Source: Calditrichota bacterium (GTDB taxonomy: Bacteria > Zhuqueibacterota > Zhuqueibacteria > Thermofontimicrobiales > Thermofontimicrobiaceae). Taken from it: a DNA stretch of 64,000 nucleotides. Both the position numbers and the translations under genes were made by a program. Within the stretch, counting starts at the first letter, position 1, and each line of letters begins with the position of its first letter. The notes under the pieces were generated by a model, which saw only the letters and a list, made by a program, of their open reading frames with translations, had not been told where the DNA came from and made no database searches. Of the stretch, positions 59,199 through 64,000 are shown one piece after another. The stretch lies in contig JAADFU010000094.1 of assembly GCA_013152715.1 (NCBI GenBank), positions 76,657-140,656 on the forward strand, given 5' to 3'.

Positions 59199-60293
59199 AT
59201 GCGATTTTCAACGATATGCGTTATCGGTACGGGACTCATTGGCGGCTCACTTTTGTTGTCGCTGCGTCGGCAAAAAATAGGGGAGAGGCTCATCGCGGTC
59301 GACTTGCCGGAGACGATTCAACGACTTGAAAAAATGGGCATTGTTGATGAGACTTATTCGAACAAGGAGTTAGCTGGTGCGGTGGAAAATGCAGATTTGA
59401 TTTTTGTGGCCACGCAAATAAGCCTCATCGAACAACTTCTGCCGGAAATAGCCCGCCACGCACGGCCTGGCGCTGTCATTTCTGATGTTGGCAGCAGCAA
59501 ACGTCGCATTGTGGAAATAGCTGCACAGGTGTTCTCTTCGCAGCAATATTTTGTCGGAGGACATCCCATGGCTGGCTCCGAAAAGAGCGGGTTTGACGCG
59601 GCGGACCCGTTTTTGTTTGAAAATTGTTTTTACATTTTAACGCCGCAGCCAAAAACGCCAAATGATATTATTGAAAATCTGGCAGATCTATTGGCTGAAA
59701 TCGGCGCTAAAATTTTGGTGCTCGATTCCGCAACGCACGATCGCATTGCTGCCGGCGTGAGTCATTTGCCGCAGATGTTAGCTGTCTCTCTCGTTAATTT
59801 CATCAATCGCTGCAACGAACAGCAGCCACATTTTTTGCAATTGGCTGCCGGCGGATTTAGGGACATGACACGCATCGCTTCCAGTCCGTTCGCCATGTGG
59901 GAAGATATTTGCCGCACAAATGACGAACAGATTCTTTCTTTTTTGGATCAATTTATTGATTATCTTTCTGAATTCCGGAATCAATTTGAAATCAATTTTT
60001 TGAAAAAGCAATTCGAGGATGCTGCCAGAATCAGACTTTCCATTCCCAGAGACACAAAAGGTTTTATCAATCCAAATTACGACATCGCCGTAGTTGTGGA
60101 TGACAAACCGGGTGTCATCGCCAGGATGGCAACTGTCCTCGCTGAACATAAAATCAACATTCGCGATATTGAAGTGCTGAAAGTAAGATTGTTGGAGGGC
60201 GGAACCATTCGACTTTCGTTTGAAACAAAACAGGACAGAGAGGATGCGATGAAATTGCTGCGCGGAATTGGCTTTGAGTGCAGAAAGAGGTGA
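59199..60293 (+). CDS. tyrA: prephenate dehydrogenase with C-terminal ACT domain
   Basis: Rossmann VIGTGLIGGS, HPMAGSE catalytic His region, C-terminal ACT (IAVVVDDKPGVIARM). Confidence 0.85.
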   Translation: MRFSTICVIGTGLIGGSLLLSLRRQKIGERLIAVDLPETIQRLEKMGIVDETYSNKELAGAVENADLIFVATQISLIEQLLPEIARHARPGAVISDVGSSKRRIVEIAAQVFSSQQYFVGGHPMAGSEKSGFDAADPFLFENCFYILTPQPKTPNDIIENLADLLAEIGAKILVLDSATHDRIAAGVSHLPQMLAVSLVNFINRCNEQQPHFLQLAAGGFRDMTRIASSPFAMWEDICRTNDEQILSFLDQFIDYLSEFRNQFEINFLKKQFEDAARIRLSIPRDTKGFINPNYDIAVVVDDKPGVIARMATVLAEHKINIRDIEVLKVRLLEGGTIRLSFETKQDREDAMKLLRGIGFECRKR

Positions 60294-60295
60294 TA

Positions 60296-61576
60296 ATGAA
60301 AAAAGTTATCGTGCCGGTGAGAAAGTTGGCAGGCGAAATTGAACTTCCCGGCGACAAGTCGATTTCCCATCGGGCGTTGATGCTGACGAGTCTCGCTGAT
60401 GGGGAAAGCGAAATTTACAATTTGTCCGCTTGTCAGGATGTAAAAAGCACGGCGCAATGTTTGCGGGAATTAGGCATCAAAATTGAAATGGCAAATAACC
60501 GCTGCGTTGTTCAAGGGAAAGGATTGGTTGGACTAAATCAGCCGGACAAAGTGCTCGATGCCGGAAACTCAGGAACCACAATGCGGCTTTTGTCCGGGAT
60601 TTTAGCGGGGCAGGAATTTCCGAGCTGCATTACCGGCGATGAATCGTTGCGAAGACGACCGATGAGGCGCATCATTGAACCGCTGCGAGCAATGGGTGCT
60701 GTGATTTCTGGCAGGAATGATAATTTTGCGCCGCTGTGCATTGAAAAAGGCGCGTTGAAAGGAATTGAGCACAAGCTGAAAATTGCCAGTGCGCAGGTGA
60801 AGTCGAGCATTTTGTTGGCGGGCCTGTTTGCCGAGGGCGAGACAATTGTGGATGAGCCTGCCCTCTCCCGGGATCACACGGAACGGATGCTGGATTTTTT
60901 AGGCGCAGAAATTGTTGCTAAAAAACGCAGGGTTGTTGTTAAATCTTTTCCGCGATTGAGGGCGAAAAAAATTATCGTGCCTGGCGATATTTCGTCCGCT
61001 GCTTTTTTTCTGGCAGCCGCGGCGATTGTCCCTGATTCCGAAATTCGCCTCAAAAATGTGGGCATGAATCCGTCTCGTACCGGCATTCTGGATGTGCTGA
61101 AAATGATGGGCAAAAACGTGCGCATTGAGAACTTCAAAATTACAAATAACGAGGAAATGGCAGATTTGATCATGACTTCGCACAAGTTAAAAGGCGTCGA
61201 AATTGGCGGCGCGCTGATTCCGCGAGTCATTGACGAAATTCCGATTATCGCGATTTTAGCGACTCAGGCAGAAGGAGAAACTGTCATTCGCGATGCCGTG
61301 GAATTGCGGGTGAAAGAGACCGACCGCATCCGTTCTGTGGTGGAAAATCTGAAAAAGATGGGCGCTCAAGTTCAGGAATTGCCTGATGGTTTGGTTATTC
61401 AGGGAAGTCAGAAGTTGAAGGGCACAAAAATTGACAGCTTTGGCGATCATCGTATTGCCATGTCCTTTGCCGTTGCCGGGCTGGTAGCCGAAGGGGAAAC
61501 GGAAATTTTAGGAGCTGAGTGCGCGGATATTTCTCATCCGAGTTTTTTCGTACAATTGGAGAAGATTTATGCCTGA
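60296..61576 (+). CDS. aroA: 3-phosphoshikimate 1-carboxyvinyltransferase (EPSP synthase)
   Basis: LPGDKSISHRALML, NSGTTMRLL, DHRIAMSFAVAG motifs; ATG at 60296 after AGAAAGAGG (the track ORF begins at 60278). Confidence 0.95.
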   Translation: MKKVIVPVRKLAGEIELPGDKSISHRALMLTSLADGESEIYNLSACQDVKSTAQCLRELGIKIEMANNRCVVQGKGLVGLNQPDKVLDAGNSGTTMRLLSGILAGQEFPSCITGDESLRRRPMRRIIEPLRAMGAVISGRNDNFAPLCIEKGALKGIEHKLKIASAQVKSSILLAGLFAEGETIVDEPALSRDHTERMLDFLGAEIVAKKRRVVVKSFPRLRAKKIIVPGDISSAAFFLAAAAIVPDSEIRLKNVGMNPSRTGILDVLKMMGKNVRIENFKITNNEEMADLIMTSHKLKGVEIGGALIPRVIDEIPIIAILATQAEGETVIRDAVELRVKETDRIRSVVENLKKMGAQVQELPDGLVIQGSQKLKGTKIDSFGDHRIAMSFAVAGLVAEGETEILGAECADISHPSFFVQLEKIYA

Positions 61577-62447
61577 TGCAAAAACAGGAATGCTCGGCGT
61601 CATTGGCGATCCCATCGAGCATAGTTTGTCGCCGATCATGCACAATTTCATTTTTCAGAAACTTGGGCTAAATTTTTGCTACCATGCCTTTCGCGTAATT
61701 GACCGGGATTTGCCTCACGCCATTGATGGGTTTCGCGCGTTGAATTTTCGCGGAATAAATGTTACGCTGCCGCACAAGCAAAATATCATTCAATATCTCG
61801 ATGAGGTTCACGATGACGCAGCGCAGTTGGCGGCGGTAAATACGGTACTTTTCTCGCACGGAAAGGCTTTGGGTTTCAATACGGACGTGAAAGGATTCAT
61901 GAACGCAGTCATTAATTTTGGCGTAAATTTGGAGGGGGAGAAAGCTATTTTGTTAGGCGCTGGTGGATCAGCGAGGGCAGTGGCGTTAGGATTGTTGCGT
62001 CTCGGGTGCAAAGAAATTGCTATTTACAATCGCTCTTTGCCCAACGCGCAAATAATGGCAGCTTTTTTAGTAAAAAAAACTGGCATCAGTGTTTTTTTTG
62101 CTCACGATTTGAAAGATCGTCAGCTTTACCGCGATGTCGAGAATGCAGCCATTTTGGTCAACGCAACAAATGTGGGCATGGCTCCGGACATTGAGAAAAG
62201 TCCATTGCCCTATGATTTGAAATTGAATTCAAAAATGTTCGTTTTTGATCTGATTTACAATCCGGCGGAGACCGCCTTGCTGAGTTTTGCCCGAAAACAG
62301 GGCGTGCAGATACAAAATGGCCTTGAAATGTTAATTTTTCAAGGCATTGCTTCGCTGGAGATATGGTTAGGCAAAGAAATTGACGTCTCCAATTTTTTCA
62401 ACAACTTAAAAAATAAAATTATCGAGGCATTAGAAGAAAATGGCTAA
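61569..62447 (+). CDS. aroE: shikimate dehydrogenase
   Basis: GVIGDPIEHSLSP, NVTLPHK, GAGGSARAV motifs. Confidence 0.9.
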   Translation: MPDAKTGMLGVIGDPIEHSLSPIMHNFIFQKLGLNFCYHAFRVIDRDLPHAIDGFRALNFRGINVTLPHKQNIIQYLDEVHDDAAQLAAVNTVLFSHGKALGFNTDVKGFMNAVINFGVNLEGEKAILLGAGGSARAVALGLLRLGCKEIAIYNRSLPNAQIMAAFLVKKTGISVFFAHDLKDRQLYRDVENAAILVNATNVGMAPDIEKSPLPYDLKLNSKMFVFDLIYNPAETALLSFARKQGVQIQNGLEMLIFQGIASLEIWLGKEIDVSNFFNNLKNKIIEALEENG

Positions 62448-63639
62448 AATCAGATATTTGACTGCCGGTGAATCGCATGGACCAGCCCTGGTGGGAATTA
62501 TAGAGGGGTTACCCGCTGGTCTGGAAATTGATATTGGCGTGGTAAATCTTCAGCTCTCCCGACGTCAGCAAGGTTACGGTAGAGGCGGTCGCATGAAAAT
62601 TGAGAAAGACGAGGCAGTTATTTTGTCTGGCGTGCGGCATGGAAAGACTCTCGGTAGCCCGGTGGCGGTGATGATTAAAAATCGAGATTGGGAAAACTGG
62701 CGGGAAAGTATGAGTGTCGAAAAATTGGATGATTTGAGCAGTGTAACAAAAGTCACCATTCCCAGACCTGGACATGCTGATTTACCCGGGGCGGGAAAAT
62801 ACGGACATGAAGATTTACGTAACGTCTTGGAACGCGCCAGTGCCAGAGAAACTGCCATTCGGGTGGCAATAGGCGCAATTGCGGGACAGTTGCTGCGACA
62901 ATTTGGGATTCAAATTGTCAGCCACGTAAAGCGCATTGGAGACGTGCTGAGTTCTTTTTCGCTCATTTCGTGGACTTCCGCAGAAAAAAATCAGTGGCAA
63001 GGACGTTTGCAAGACCTTTACGCTCGTGTGGAACAATCACCGGTTCGCTGCTTCTCAAAAGAGGTCGGGGAGAAGATGTGCCAAGAAATTGATCTGGCAA
63101 AAGAAAAAGGGGAGTCTCTGGGGGGTGAAATCGAAATCGGCACTTTTTTTCTGCCGCCCGGGCTGGGCAGCCATGTGCATTGGGATAGAAAATTAGACGG
63201 GAAAATTGCCGGCGCCATGATGAGCATTCCGGCAATAAAATGTGTGGAAATCGGAATAGGAAAACTCGCGGGAGGAACATGGGGGTCTGATGTTCATGAT
63301 GAAATTTTCACGGATGAAAACGGAAATATTTTTCGACGAACGAATCGCGCCGGCGGACTGGAAGGGGGAATGACCAACGGCGAGCCGATTGTCGTCAAGT
63401 GTACAATGAAACCGATTCCCACGCTGATGAGACCGCTGCGTTCCGTTGATCTGGAAACAAAGCAAGCAGTTAGTGCCCACAAGGAACGTTCGGACGTATG
63501 CGCCGTCCCAGCAGCGGCAGTAGTGGCGGAATCCGTTTTGGCGCTCGTTTTGGCAGATGAATTTTGCGAAAAATTTGGAGGAGATTCGATTGAGGAAACG
63601 AGGCGGAATTTTGAGAATTACTTGGAAAAACTACCTTGA
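62440..63639 (+). CDS. aroC: chorismate synthase
   Basis: GESHGPALVGIIEG, RPGHAD, GGRSSARETA-like signature regions; 399 aa. Confidence 0.95.
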   Translation: MAKIRYLTAGESHGPALVGIIEGLPAGLEIDIGVVNLQLSRRQQGYGRGGRMKIEKDEAVILSGVRHGKTLGSPVAVMIKNRDWENWRESMSVEKLDDLSSVTKVTIPRPGHADLPGAGKYGHEDLRNVLERASARETAIRVAIGAIAGQLLRQFGIQIVSHVKRIGDVLSSFSLISWTSAEKNQWQGRLQDLYARVEQSPVRCFSKEVGEKMCQEIDLAKEKGESLGGEIEIGTFFLPPGLGSHVHWDRKLDGKIAGAMMSIPAIKCVEIGIGKLAGGTWGSDVHDEIFTDENGNIFRRTNRAGGLEGGMTNGEPIVVKCTMKPIPTLMRPLRSVDLETKQAVSAHKERSDVCAVPAAAVVAESVLALVLADEFCEKFGGDSIEETRRNFENYLEKLP

Positions 63640-63698
63640 AGTCGCATCATCCTTCCAAAGCTTTGAAAGAATTAAACTTAACATATTGTTAAAAGCAA

Positions 63699-64000
63699 AT
63701 GATTAAACATCCTCAAAAAAATATTTACCTCATCGGCTTCATGGGCTCGGGCAAAAGCACTGTGGGGCCTTTACTGGCGAAAAAAATGAACCGCGCCTTT
63801 TTTGACACGGATGAATGGATCATCAACGAAACCGGCAAAACCATTCCGGAAATTTTCGCTGAAGACGGCGAACAATTTTTTCGCGAAAAAGAGCGGGAAG
63901 CGATTCAAATTGTCTGCAAGTTCAAAAATATGCTGGTGTCTGTCGGCGGGGGCGCTGTAGTGGATTCGAGCAACTGGCTGACTCTCAAAAAATCCGGTCT
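63699..64000 (+). CDS. aroK: shikimate kinase (3'-truncated by the window end)
   Basis: ATG at 63699; NIYLIGFMGSGKSTVG P-loop, ...FF.DTD...E motif; runs off the window. Confidence 0.85.
   Translation, partial: MIKHPQKNIYLIGFMGSGKSTVGPLLAKKMNRAFFDTDEWIINETGKTIPEIFAEDGEQFFREKEREAIQIVCKFKNMLVSVGGGAVVDSSNWLTLKKSG

Noticed and set aside
1-64000. tRNA, rRNA, tmRNA, SRP RNA and CRISPR scan
   Set aside because: No T-loop GGTTCGAATCC-type motifs, no SRP aggucaggnccggaaggaagcagc-type core, no regularly spaced direct repeats were seen in any intergenic gap. Nothing to report.

Overview
This is one contiguous, gene-dense bacterial chromosomal segment of moderate GC (estimated by eye at roughly 45-50%). 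It carries about 70 protein genes, mostly on the plus strand after 15 kb. I saw no rRNA, tRNA, CRISPR array, transposase, integrase or prophage structural genes. Most of the content is core housekeeping: rnfCDGEA (no rnfB), nrdR, glyA, rpiB, hutI, two HU/IHF-like genes, xseA-xseB-dxs, nadK, mutS, yicC-remA-gmk-rpoZ-coaBC, a family-4 UDG, dnaB, rel, ruvX, lnt, a bamD-like TPR lipoprotein, nadD, a Crp/Fnr regulator, meaB, and an aromatic amino-acid operon (chorismate mutase, DAHP synthase, tyrA, aroA, aroE, aroC, aroK truncated at the window end). The organism is diderm: it has lnt, a BamD-like lipoprotein and three paralogous FadL/OMPP1-like outer-membrane barrels. Gene content is compatible with an FCB-group-like lineage, at low confidence. 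Four things stand out. (1) At 42.3-45.3 kb there is a four-gene, translationally coupled envelope module. It comprises a membrane-anchored Amidase_2/PGRP-type zinc amidase, a paralogue of its membrane anchor lacking the enzyme, an inner-membrane coiled-coil protein, and a secreted coiled-coil protein with a C-terminal beta anchor. The architecture resembles a lysis cassette, yet it sits in a housekeeping context behind a consensus promoter and a 200-nt leader. This is the best candidate for an undescribed system. (2) At 57647-57899 there is a ribosome-mediated attenuator in front of the aro/tyrA operon, with a leader peptide carrying the run FSFYYYFYYF. (3) At 49825-50058 a 230-bp imperfect inverted-repeat element lies between convergent genes, next to an unannotated 44-aa hydrophobic peptide. 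(4) At 16307-16402 there is an unannotated 31-aa highly basic protein gene with a strong RBS. Everything rests on reading the sequence and recognising motifs by eye. No database searches were run.
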